Assembly (NCBI GenBank): GCA_020833005.1
Contig: JAJHRD010000001.1
Coordinates: 4,260 to 68,259 of the forward strand
DNA from: Thermoproteota archaeon
Lineage (GTDB): Archaea > Thermoproteota > Methanomethylicia > Culexarchaeales > Culexarchaeaceae
Reading direction: 5' to 3'
DNA: 64,000 bases
Positions within the stretch are counted from its first letter, which is position 1. Each line of letters opens with the position of its first letter. The translations under genes and the position numbers were made by a program. Below are positions 1 to 8,810 of this stretch, piece by piece. Under the pieces are notes generated by a model. That model was given only the letters and a program-made list of their open reading frames with translations. It searched no databases and had not been told where the DNA came from.

Positions 1-67
1 TCCTCGATAAAGTCAAAACCCCTTGACCGCCAACACCACAAGCAACAACATTGAATTCATCAATCAT
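1..67 (-). CDS. iorB: Indolepyruvate:ferredoxin oxidoreductase beta subunit, N-terminal fragment running off the window
   Basis: Minus-strand ATG at 65-67 gives MIDEFNVVACGVGGQGVLTLS, a typical IorB N-terminus with the GGQG motif. It starts 2 nt after the iorA stop (69-71). Confidence 0.6.
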   Translation of the reverse strand, partial: MIDEFNVVACGVGGQGVLTLSR

Positions 68-68
68 T

Positions 69-1937
69 TCAATACACCTCAATGGCTTTAAATGGACATA
101 CATATGCGCATGAGCCACAACCATTACATGAAGATTGAATTATTGGTCCCTTAACAGGATCCCATGACATAGCTGAGCAACCATATGTCAATATACAAAC
201 CTTACACTTTCTACAAACATCATAGTTAACCTTCACCACATGAAACTTTTCACCCATCCTCCTAGAGAGGATTGCACAAGCCCTCCTACAAATCACAACG
301 TAAACCCCATCCCTATTCAATAAAGCCCTCTTCAAAACATCCACAGTTTTAGGAATATCATATGGATCCACAACCTCAACCTTATCAACCCCAACCCCCC
401 TAACCACATTAACTATATCCACAGATCTAGCTGGGGATCCATCAGCTCTAAAACTGGATCCAGGGTGGGGTTGATGCCCAGTCATAGCTGTGGTGGCATT
501 ATCCAAAACCATAACAACTATGTTGGCATTGAAGTGAACCGCATCCACAAGAGCCGGTAGACCAGCATGAAATAGTGTTGAATCACCTATCGTGGCTACC
601 ACAGGCTTATCATAACCTGAAAGTTTAAGCCCTAAAGCCATTGATATACTGGCACCCATACAGTGCTCAGTCCATATGGCTTCAAGAGGCTTCTGCAAGC
701 TTAACGCATAACAACCAATATCCCCAAATACTGGAACCTCATCAACCCTAAACCCTAAATCCCTAATAGCCTTCAAGAGGGCATAATAAGAGCTTCTATG
801 TGGGCATCCTGCACACATAACTGGACTTCTAGGTGGAGGCTCAATTGGTAAAGCTTTAATTGAGGGGGTGGAAACCTTAAATCCAAAAACGTTGGCTATG
901 GCATTCTCAACAATCTCAATGTTGAATTCCCCCTCCCTAGGCAAAACCCCATCAAACTTACCATGGAATTCCACATCCAAATTCATGGTTGTGGATAATG
1001 CTCTAACCCTCTCCTCAAGGATGGGTTCAAGCTCCTCAACAAATAAAACCCTCCTACAATGGGATAGGAATTTGGATAAATTCTCCATGGATATGGGGTT
1101 CACCAATCCAACTCTAAATATTGAACATGATTCAAATCCAAGCCTCCTCAAAGATTCCAAGACATACGTATAGCTAACCCCACTAGTTATGATCCCAAAA
1201 TCCCCCCTCAAAATCATGATGTCAAATGGATATTTGGAAGCCAGATTGGGGATTTGAGACATACGCTTATTCAGCCATAAATGCCTATCAAGATTCCACC
1301 TCATGGAAGCCCTAACATACCTAGGCGGATCCTTCTTGAATAATGGTTTACGCTTGAGGAGCTTTAAATCTCCAAGCAAAACATCGGAAGACGTATGATT
1401 AACCCTAGTGGTGGTTCTAAGTATTACTGGGAGGTTAACCTCCTCAGACAATTCAAAACCCCAAACCACCATATCCTTAGCTTCCTGAGGTGTGGAAGGT
1501 TCAATTAGGGGTAGGTTTGATAGGAAAGCGTAGAACCTACTATCCTGCTCAGTCTGTGTTGTATGTGGACCTGGATCATCAGCCACTAAAATTATCATCC
1601 CACCATTAACCCCAGCATAGGCAGCTGATAAAAGGGCATCTGAAGCAACATTAATCCCAGGAGCCTTCATGGTCACCATAGACCTCAAACCAGCCGATGA
1701 TGCTGAGAAGGCAGCTTCAAAAGCAACCTTCTCATTGGCAAACCATTCCACCAAGATTCCAAGCTTACTGGAAACTCTGGATAGGGACATTATAACCTCC
1801 GAAGATGGCGTTCCAGGATAACCGGATACAAATTGCACTCCACCCTCAATTGCTCCTCTAGCAATAGCCTCATTACCCATCATCAAAACTCTTGATCCAG
1901 ATTCACCTAATAGGGGATCCAAAAAATCCACCTCCAA
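69..1937 (-). CDS. iorA: Indolepyruvate:ferredoxin oxidoreductase alpha subunit
   Basis: 622 aa. N-terminal GNEAIARGAIEGG, TPP-binding GDSTLFHAG, and two C-terminal 4Fe-4S motifs (CRKCKVC..C and CNGCGSCAYVCP). Confidence 0.85.
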   Translation of the reverse strand: MEVDFLDPLLGESGSRVLMMGNEAIARGAIEGGVQFVSGYPGTPSSEVIMSLSRVSSKLGILVEWFANEKVAFEAAFSASSAGLRSMVTMKAPGINVASDALLSAAYAGVNGGMIILVADDPGPHTTQTEQDSRFYAFLSNLPLIEPSTPQEAKDMVVWGFELSEEVNLPVILRTTTRVNHTSSDVLLGDLKLLKRKPLFKKDPPRYVRASMRWNLDRHLWLNKRMSQIPNLASKYPFDIMILRGDFGIITSGVSYTYVLESLRRLGFESCSIFRVGLVNPISMENLSKFLSHCRRVLFVEELEPILEERVRALSTTMNLDVEFHGKFDGVLPREGEFNIEIVENAIANVFGFKVSTPSIKALPIEPPPRSPVMCAGCPHRSSYYALLKAIRDLGFRVDEVPVFGDIGCYALSLQKPLEAIWTEHCMGASISMALGLKLSGYDKPVVATIGDSTLFHAGLPALVDAVHFNANIVVMVLDNATTAMTGHQPHPGSSFRADGSPARSVDIVNVVRGVGVDKVEVVDPYDIPKTVDVLKRALLNRDGVYVVICRRACAILSRRMGEKFHVVKVNYDVCRKCKVCILTYGCSAMSWDPVKGPIIQSSCNGCGSCAYVCPFKAIEVY

Positions 1938-3270
1938 AACGTGTTATCGAGTAAGCTGCATAAGCAGCATCCTCCAATGTGAATGTACATGGAATACCTC
2001 TCCCCTCCAAATATTTAACACATTCCCTAACAATATCTCCATACATGAAGCATGGAATTATGGGCATACCCATATTCAAGTTATGGAAGTCACTTATAGC
2101 TTTAGCAACCTCCATGGGGTTAGTAAAGCTTGGCGGGACACATATGACTAAAGCTAAATCATACTCCCCTGAAATTGCAACTTCCCTCAAAACACCATAA
2201 TACCAATCATAACCACCAGTGGCAGTTAAGTCTATTGGATTCCTCAATGAGCATATTTGTGGTAGGAAGCCTCTAAGCCTGGATTTCAAATTCTCAGAGG
2301 GTTCAGATACTATTAAGCCAAAAGATTCACATAGATCCGTGGCTACAACCCCAGGTCCACCTGAATTGGTAACTATTATGGTTCTAGGTCCCCGAGCCCT
2401 AAAACCTAAACCTAGAAATTTTGATGATGAAAATAAGCCACTGAGACTTGGAGCTTCAAGAATCCCAAACTGCCTGAATAGGGATGAGTAGATATGGTAT
2501 GGTGAAGCTAAAGCCCCCGTATGGGATGCAGCAGCCCTACCACCACTAATAGATTTACCAGCCTTAAATGCCACTATAGGTTTAACCCCCCTAAACCTCC
2601 TACAAACATCAATGAATCTACGTCCATTACGTATAGCCTCAAGATATAAGGCTATAGATCCAGTTTCATCATCCCCAAGAAGATACTCCAAAACATCCAC
2701 TTCACTCACATCACAAGAATTCCCACAACTAACAAATTTGCTGAAACCAACACCCCCCTCCCTAGCCAATGCAAATAGGATGCCCCCCACAGCCCCACTT
2801 TGAGATATTAGGGATACAGGTCCCCTTGGAACTCTGAACTCCATACATGCATGGAAATTTATTGATGTATTTATTATTCCAGCACTATTAGGCCCAATAA
2901 CCCTAACACCATACTTACGTGCATGTGAAACCAACTCCTCCTCCAACCCCCTATTCCCAACCTCACTAAACCCTCCAGAGATAACCACAACACCCTTAAC
3001 GCCAATAGAACCACACTCCCCAACAATTCCGGGGACAGTTTCAGCTGGAGTTACAATTACAGCTAAATCCGGAGTTGATGGTATACTCTTAACTGATGAA
3101 TAAACCTTCAATCCAAGTATGCTCCCACCCTTAGGGTTAACTGGAAATATATCCCCGCCAAAACCTGCTTCAACAATACTCTTGACAAGCTCATACCCAA
3201 CCTTACCTGGAACTGTCGATGCACCCACAATAGCCACAGAATTAGGATAGAAGAAGAAGTCCAAATTCAA
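1903..3270 (-). CDS. acdA: ADP-forming acyl/acetyl-CoA synthetase alpha subunit (CoA-binding plus succinyl-CoA-synthetase-like domains)
   Basis: 455 aa. N-terminus FFYPNSVAIVGAS..GKVGY..NPKG is typical of NDP-forming acyl-CoA synthetase alpha. Its stop overlaps the iorA start, consistent with an aryl-acyl-CoA branch of amino acid fermentation. Confidence 0.75.
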   Translation of the reverse strand: MNLDFFFYPNSVAIVGASTVPGKVGYELVKSIVEAGFGGDIFPVNPKGGSILGLKVYSSVKSIPSTPDLAVIVTPAETVPGIVGECGSIGVKGVVVISGGFSEVGNRGLEEELVSHARKYGVRVIGPNSAGIINTSINFHACMEFRVPRGPVSLISQSGAVGGILFALAREGGVGFSKFVSCGNSCDVSEVDVLEYLLGDDETGSIALYLEAIRNGRRFIDVCRRFRGVKPIVAFKAGKSISGGRAAASHTGALASPYHIYSSLFRQFGILEAPSLSGLFSSSKFLGLGFRARGPRTIIVTNSGGPGVVATDLCESFGLIVSEPSENLKSRLRGFLPQICSLRNPIDLTATGGYDWYYGVLREVAISGEYDLALVICVPPSFTNPMEVAKAISDFHNLNMGMPIIPCFMYGDIVRECVKYLEGRGIPCTFTLEDAAYAAYSITRFGGGFFGSPIR

Positions 3271-3280
3271 ATAGAATCAC

Positions 3281-3556
3281 CTATCCACCATGAACTGATG
3301 GTATGAATATGAGCTCATCATCCTCACTTACAATGTAATCTAATCCGAGGATATCATATGAAACTTCATTGACCAGTAGGATTATGCTTGAACGAATCCT
3401 ATCGGGTGAACCATTAAATATCTCATTGGAAGCTTTTCCCAATAGATCATAAATCATTGAGAGAACATCCCTAAGCCTCCTCCCCCCAACTCCACTCAGA
3501 GACATCAACCCATCATCAAAAATATTCTTCAAATGACCTAGAAATCTAACCTTCAA
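3281..3556 (-). CDS. MoaD/ThiS-family ubiquitin-like small protein ending in Gly-Gly
   Basis: 91 aa with a beta-grasp-like pattern. C-terminus DDELIFIPSVHGG followed by stop. 6 nt downstream of the ParB-like gene. Confidence 0.7.
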   Translation of the reverse strand: MKVRFLGHLKNIFDDGLMSLSGVGGRRLRDVLSMIYDLLGKASNEIFNGSPDRIRSSIILLVNEVSYDILGLDYIVSEDDELIFIPSVHGG

Positions 3557-3562
3557 CCCCCA

Positions 3563-4414
3563 TCACCCCTCAAACACATACAAATATTCATCATACTTCC
3601 TATCAAGAATGCTACCAGGAGGATATATCCTTACAGCCCTACTTTTAATGTGATTCAAAAACATTAAGGATGCTTCCTCAAAGCTATCCATAAACAACAC
3701 ATTTAATGGCAAATTTATGCCCATAGGTCTAAATGGGAAAACATGTCTAGTGGATTTATGTGGGAAAACCTTACCTGAAACAGCCAATGAAATCACATCC
3801 CCCTTCGAAACGCCTGGAAGGGTTAAAACTGCAGAGCACTCCCCAGAATCAAGTTTAGAGATGGCGTCGGATTCAAGATCATAGTTTACAATGAACCCCC
3901 TTGATGAGAAATTAGCCTCCAAATCCTTAACCAACCATAGAGATTCAAAAACCCCACTTGTATGGAAAAGATAGAAGCCATCTCTGAAGATCAGCAATGG
4001 GTACTTTGAAACATAAATATCAATATAATCCCTGCCAAGGAATTCAGCATTGAAAGATTTCTCAACAAACTCCCTAAAACCACTACCTGAAATAACCCTC
4101 CACCACCTATAAACCCTAACACTATCACTCATGTAATCCACATAACAGACAGGAATCCACTTAAACCCAATAATCTTAGATGCTGCAAGCCTATGCATAC
4201 CATCCAAAACAACATTGGAATTGGAATCCACAAGTATTGGATCCTTAAAAACGCCACTCCTCCTAATCTCCCCCACAAGCTTATCCAAAATCGATGGAAT
4301 GATCTCTTCATGTGGATGAAGCTTATCCACGGGGGCTAAAGCCAACTCTTCACTGAAACCCATAAGGGATATCTGCAAAGACAATGCCATGAGCGATGTC
4401 ACCAAATAATTCAA
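3563..4414 (-). CDS. ParB/sulfiredoxin-fold domain protein (possibly related to archaeal free-serine kinases; function uncertain)
   Basis: 283 aa. LHPHEEI..DPILVD..VVLDGMHRLAA matches the ParB/Srx DGxHR core. The true start may be an internal Met (MGFSEE at about 4363). Confidence 0.55.
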   Translation of the reverse strand: MNYLVTSLMALSLQISLMGFSEELALAPVDKLHPHEEIIPSILDKLVGEIRRSGVFKDPILVDSNSNVVLDGMHRLAASKIIGFKWIPVCYVDYMSDSVRVYRWWRVISGSGFREFVEKSFNAEFLGRDYIDIYVSKYPLLIFRDGFYLFHTSGVFESLWLVKDLEANFSSRGFIVNYDLESDAISKLDSGECSAVLTLPGVSKGDVISLAVSGKVFPHKSTRHVFPFRPMGINLPLNVLFMDSFEEASLMFLNHIKSRAVRIYPPGSILDRKYDEYLYVFEG

Positions 4415-4462
4415 TAAATAATATATTTGTTAGTTTATAAACCAATTTTACGGTTACAACAA

Positions 4463-5557
4463 ATGGATTTAACCAGCATACCACTAAGAAAGATGATTCT
4501 GAAGGAGAAGTATGGGGAGAAGCTCCCAGAGAAATCCATCATGAAGGCATCATCAGATCATCATGCCAAGAGGAGACCTAGACCATGCGGATTAACTATA
4601 CATCCAGCCATAGGATGTGTAAACCAATGCATATACTGCTATATACAGGACATGGGATACAACTTCAACAACATAACACCATACGGTCTAAGTGGAGCTG
4701 AAATGGTATACGCACTACTATCAAACCCATACTTCATGCCAACAATAAATGGTACATACATTGCCATAGGAAGTGTGACAGAGCCATTCCATGAAAAAGT
4801 AAGGAGTAAGACAATGGAATACATAAAAGCCTTCGAAGAACTTGGAAACCCAGTTCAATTCTCCACAAAGGAATATATAGATGAGGAATTAGCTAAGAAA
4901 ATAGCGCAAATAAAGATACCCATAAGCCCCCTAATAACAATAGTTACATTGAAAAGTAAAAATGTGCTGGAGCCAAAAGCACCAGACATAGAGCTGAGAA
5001 TTAAAACCATAAGGAATCTTAGAGCTGAAGGGTTAAAGCCAATGGTCTTCATTAGACCAATAATTCCAGGGATAACGGATAATGAAGCTGAAGAAATAAT
5101 TGATGAAGCTAAAAGGGCTGGAGCCGTAGGCATAGTTGCAGGATCACTAAGACTGACTAGGAGCATAATGGAGAGGATGAGTAAATTGGGATTAAATGTA
5201 AAATTCATAAGGGAAGCCGTTGAGGGGGAGGGGGCTTGGAAAGCTAAAAGGAGGATAATGGAGATAGCTGAAGAGAGAGGGCTTAAAGCATTCCCATCAT
5301 CATGTTGTGCAAACGCCTACGTATCTGGAACAACATGCATAAACCTCTGCAAAAACGCCATAAGAGAAGTGCCTAAAGCCAACGTTGAAGACGTTAGAAA
5401 CCTAGTAAAGAATATAGTGGGGAAAAGGGTGAGGGATGTAATTTTCAACGACAATTCAATCAGAATACTCATGGAAGAGAAGCTCACAAGAAGGGAGAAG
5501 GATATACTAAAATACGATCTTAGAGTAATATTGCGGAGAATTGTAAGTATAGTTTAA
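4463..5557 (+). CDS. Radical SAM protein (SplB/COG1533-like)
   Basis: CVNQCIYCY is a CxxxCxxC cluster motif. The long ORF starts at TTG 4427, but ATG 4463 (MDLTSIPL) is more likely. Confidence 0.6.
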   Translation: MDLTSIPLRKMILKEKYGEKLPEKSIMKASSDHHAKRRPRPCGLTIHPAIGCVNQCIYCYIQDMGYNFNNITPYGLSGAEMVYALLSNPYFMPTINGTYIAIGSVTEPFHEKVRSKTMEYIKAFEELGNPVQFSTKEYIDEELAKKIAQIKIPISPLITIVTLKSKNVLEPKAPDIELRIKTIRNLRAEGLKPMVFIRPIIPGITDNEAEEIIDEAKRAGAVGIVAGSLRLTRSIMERMSKLGLNVKFIREAVEGEGAWKAKRRIMEIAEERGLKAFPSSCCANAYVSGTTCINLCKNAIREVPKANVEDVRNLVKNIVGKRVRDVIFNDNSIRILMEEKLTRREKDILKYDLRVILRRIVSIV

Positions 5558-5814
5558 CCTCCACTAGACTCCGCTTCAGCTTCACCCTCCACTTCAGCAA
5601 CTTCAGCCTCCTCAGCCTCTGAAGCACGCATATTAATCTTAACCAGATGGGTAATGTAGCCAGCAACCCTATTCCGTAAATGCTTAAATCTAAGGTCAGT
5701 CAACTCATCAACCAAACGCTTATTCTTCTCAAAATCTGTGGTGAAAAGATCTGGATACTTCTCCAACAATTTCGCAGCCAAATTCTTCACAACCTTCGTT
5801 CGCACCTTCCCCAA
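5554..5814 (-). CDS. rps17e: 30S ribosomal protein eS17 with an acidic Glu/Ala-rich C-terminal tail
   Basis: MGKVRTKVVKNLAAKLLEKYPDLFTTDFEKNKRLV is a canonical S17e N-terminus. The tail is SEAEEAEVAEVEGEAEAESSGG. Confidence 0.85.
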   Translation of the reverse strand: MGKVRTKVVKNLAAKLLEKYPDLFTTDFEKNKRLVDELTDLRFKHLRNRVAGYITHLVKINMRASEAEEAEVAEVEGEAEAESSGG

Positions 5815-5955
5815 ATAGACCCCTCTAAAGAGTAAAGAATAACGGAATATTATTTAAACATATCGAAGCCATTAAAAAGGTAAATCGTACTATAATGATG
5901 AAATTAAGAGAAAACAATTAATATTAGGAGAGCAAAAGTTTTTAATGGTGTTAAA

Positions 5956-6186
5956 ATGCCTGAACTCCCACTAGCACCCATAGAAAGATTGGTTCGAAAA
6001 GCTGGAGCTTACAGAGTAAGTGTAGAGGCAGCTGAAGCCCTAAGAGAAATACTGGAGGACATGGCTATAGAGATATCGAAGGAAGCAATAGAGCTAGCTC
6101 AACATGCAAATAGGAAGACAGTGACTGGAGAAGACATAAAACTGGCAACCAAAAGATTACAGAAAAGCTTGAAGTACCCAGTATAA
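5956..6186 (+). CDS. Archaeal histone (HMf-type histone fold)
   Basis: 76 aa. [21 protein letters not shown]...LE......I...A...A.HA.RKTV...DIKLA is the HMfB-like pattern. Confidence 0.85.
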   Translation: MPELPLAPIERLVRKAGAYRVSVEAAEALREILEDMAIEISKEAIELAQHANRKTVTGEDIKLATKRLQKSLKYPV

Positions 6187-6278
6187 AACACAATAAACCC
6201 GAGATAAGCAAGTAATATAGAATTTAAGAACAGAAACCCATAAAACAACCCATTAGTTTTTATTTAACAAATTTTCAA

Positions 6279-6391
6279 GCCGGGGTAGCCTAGCGGTAAG
6301 GCGCAGGCCTCGAGATAAATACATTTAAAGAGGGCTGGAAAGCCTGTGTCCCTTCGGGGACTCGCGGGTTCAAATCCCGCCCCCGGCGCCA
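6279..6391 (+). tRNA. tRNA-Ser(CGA) with a 26-nt intron at the canonical 37/38 position; CCA encoded
   Basis: Acceptor GCCGGGG/CCCCGGC, G73, and a long variable arm GUCCC-UUCG-GGGAC. Exons are identical to tRNA-Ser(GGA) at 24775-24861 except for the anticodon first base. Anticodon CGA at 6311-6313. Confidence 0.8.
6315..6340 (+). other. tRNA intron (26 nt; boundaries ambiguous by 1 nt)
   Basis: This is the extra 26 nt relative to the intron-less twin gene. The bulge-helix-bulge is relaxed: central helix CUCG/CUGG has one mismatch, and the 3' bulge is AAA. Confidence 0.7.
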
Positions 6392-6528
6392 AACACAATA
6401 AATCCACAACAATGAAAATTATGATTACAATGTCATACCTGAAATCAGATACATAATAAATATCATATCAAGGTTAATTGTTTATAATTGTAGTAACATT
6501 ATTGCCAAAATTGATGGAGGTGGATTCA

Positions 6529-7221
6529 ATGGATATAGTTAGATTGGAGAATGTTTCGAAGGTTTATGTTGCCGGGAAGGTTAAATATCCAGCGCTGAGA
6601 AATGTGAGCATATCATTTCCAATGGGGAAATTCATAGCGGTGATGGGACCATCAGGGTCAGGTAAATCCACACTACTAAACTTAATAGGAGGCTTAGATA
6701 AACCAACCGAGGGTAAGATAATATCTTGTGGTAGAAATTTGGAGGAATTAACAAGTGATGAACTTGCAGAGTATAGGAATGAGAAGATAGGATTTGTCTT
6801 TCAATTCTTCAATTTAATTGGGTATCTAAACGTGCTGGAGAACGTTATGCTACCAATGGCCATAAAGGGGGTTGATGAAGATGAGGGGAGGGAGAAGGCC
6901 ATGAACCTATTGAAAATCCTAGGACTTGAAGATAAAGTGAAGAAGAAGCCCAATGAACTTAGCGGTGGCGAGAGGCAAAAAGTTGCAATAGCAAGAGCAC
7001 TTATAAACGATCCAGAACTAATACTTGCCGATGAACCCACTGGAAACATTGACAGCGTAAGTGCAAAGGTAATTATGGAAATATTCAGAAGGCTTGTTGA
7101 TGAAAAGGGGATAACTATAATAATGGTAACACATAACATAGAATTATCAAGATTCTGCGATATGGTGGTAAAGTTGAGGGATGGAATGATAGAAGATGTT
7201 AAGGAGGTTTCAAAGCCATGA
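6529..7221 (+). CDS. ABC transporter ATP-binding protein (MacB/LolD-like)
   Basis: Walker A GPSGSGKST, signature LSGGERQ, Walker B ILADEPT. A GGAGGTG Shine-Dalgarno-like site lies 7 nt before ATG 6529. Confidence 0.9.
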   Translation: MDIVRLENVSKVYVAGKVKYPALRNVSISFPMGKFIAVMGPSGSGKSTLLNLIGGLDKPTEGKIISCGRNLEELTSDELAEYRNEKIGFVFQFFNLIGYLNVLENVMLPMAIKGVDEDEGREKAMNLLKILGLEDKVKKKPNELSGGERQKVAIARALINDPELILADEPTGNIDSVSAKVIMEIFRRLVDEKGITIIMVTHNIELSRFCDMVVKLRDGMIEDVKEVSKP

Positions 7222-8810
7222 GGGAAAATAAACTCATAATGATGATTTTAATCATAATAATAATGGCTTCGATCTCATCTTCAGTAATAATGTGCAAGGG
7301 GGAGGGTAATGAATTCAAACTTTTATCAACATATTGGGGGGATACAAGTCAGATAGAAGTTACTGGAGGGGATTATACAACACTAACAATAATACTGAGA
7401 TATGAGGGGAAGTGGAGCTTCAACAATCTAGTGGCAAAATTAAGCCTCCCAGAACCATTCAAAACATCAGACAAAAGCAATACGGCAACAATATACTATA
7501 AATCAACAGTAACCCCAGGCTCTATAATACAATTAGCATACCAAATTTACATATCACCACAAGCACTTAAAGGGACATACCTATCAAACCTAAACTTAGA
7601 ATACTTCATATCAAACTATGGATTAATAAGTCAAACAATACAAATCCCACTGGAAATCACTGGAAGACCAAATATACAATTAAGCTTATACAATGAAACT
7701 CTAATTGAAGGAAGGCAGACCGCATTACTAATAATTAAAAACTTGGGGGATGCAGATGCCTACGATTTACAGATATCAAGGGCATACTCCAGCAGTATAA
7801 CAATAAACAATGTAGGAGACACGTATATTGAGCATATAAAGCCAGGTGAAAACGTTACATCAAAAATTGAAATTTACGTTCCAAGCGGATTGAAGGGGAA
7901 GACAGTTCAAATAAACTTTGATATAAGGTACATTGGACCTAGAAACTCAATTTACACTGAAACAAAGAGCATACAAGCACTAATAAACCCGCAAGACCCA
8001 CAACCAAAATTGGATGTAAAATTAAGCACTGGGGAACTCTATATAGGGAAGATAAACAGATTCAACATAACCATATCAAATAATGGCTACAGCGCAATTA
8101 GGAATGTAAAGATGAGCATATCCACAGACGCCACAATAAAGGTTTTTGGATCCTCAACCATGTATATTGATGATTTAGAGCCATGGCAAAGCAGCAGTAT
8201 ACCAATAGATGTATATGTCCCATTAACCACAGCAGCTACTGGAACCATAACCATATCCACAACCTACTATGATACAGCTAGGGATGTATCAGTTAGCGAT
8301 ACACGTCAAATTACAATGCTATTGAGGGGATTCATAGAATTAACATTAACAGACGTGGCAATAATACCCGCATCTCCAAGGCCAAACACACCCTTCTCAA
8401 TAACCATAACAATAACAAATGTTGGAACATCAACAGCATACGCAACCTACGCAACCCCAATACTAGAGAACCTCCCAATACAACCCTTCGGATCCAGATC
8501 AGTATACATAGGAAACATAGATGTTAACACACCAACAACATTCACAATAAACCTACAACTACTCAACACAACACTAACACAAGTGAAACTACCAGTTGTA
8601 TTAAGGTATATGGACAATCTCAGGAACATAAGCGAAAAATCATTTGAAATAACGATAAACATATCCCCAACAACATCGACAACCACAACCACCACACAAA
8701 GCAGAGGCACATTTATATCAATCCTCACAAGCCCAATAACCATAATATCCATAATAGCCATAATCGTAATAGTCTCGGGAGTACTGATAATGAGGCGGAG
8801 GAGGAAATGA
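7218..8810 (+). CDS. Secreted/anchored repeat-domain protein (CARDB/COG1361-like) associated with the ABC transporter
   Basis: N-terminal signal/TM segment, beta-rich repeat body, Thr-rich linker TTSTTTTTTQ, C-terminal TM followed by RRRRK. Start and stop overlap both neighbouring genes. Confidence 0.6.
   Translation: MRENKLIMMILIIIIMASISSSVIMCKGEGNEFKLLSTYWGDTSQIEVTGGDYTTLTIILRYEGKWSFNNLVAKLSLPEPFKTSDKSNTATIYYKSTVTPGSIIQLAYQIYISPQALKGTYLSNLNLEYFISNYGLISQTIQIPLEITGRPNIQLSLYNETLIEGRQTALLIIKNLGDADAYDLQISRAYSSSITINNVGDTYIEHIKPGENVTSKIEIYVPSGLKGKTVQINFDIRYIGPRNSIYTETKSIQALINPQDPQPKLDVKLSTGELYIGKINRFNITISNNGYSAIRNVKMSISTDATIKVFGSSTMYIDDLEPWQSSSIPIDVYVPLTTAATGTITISTTYYDTARDVSVSDTRQITMLLRGFIELTLTDVAIIPASPRPNTPFSITITITNVGTSTAYATYATPILENLPIQPFGSRSVYIGNIDVNTPTTFTINLQLLNTTLTQVKLPVVLRYMDNLRNISEKSFEITINISPTTSTTTTTTQSRGTFISILTSPITIISIIAIIVIVSGVLIMRRRRK

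Noticed and set aside
5895-5964. AUGAUGA at 5895 plus CUGA at 5961 as a C/D sRNA between rps17e and the histone gene
   Set aside because: There are no internal C'/D' boxes and no terminal stem, the spacing is wrong, and the CUGA lies inside the histone start region.
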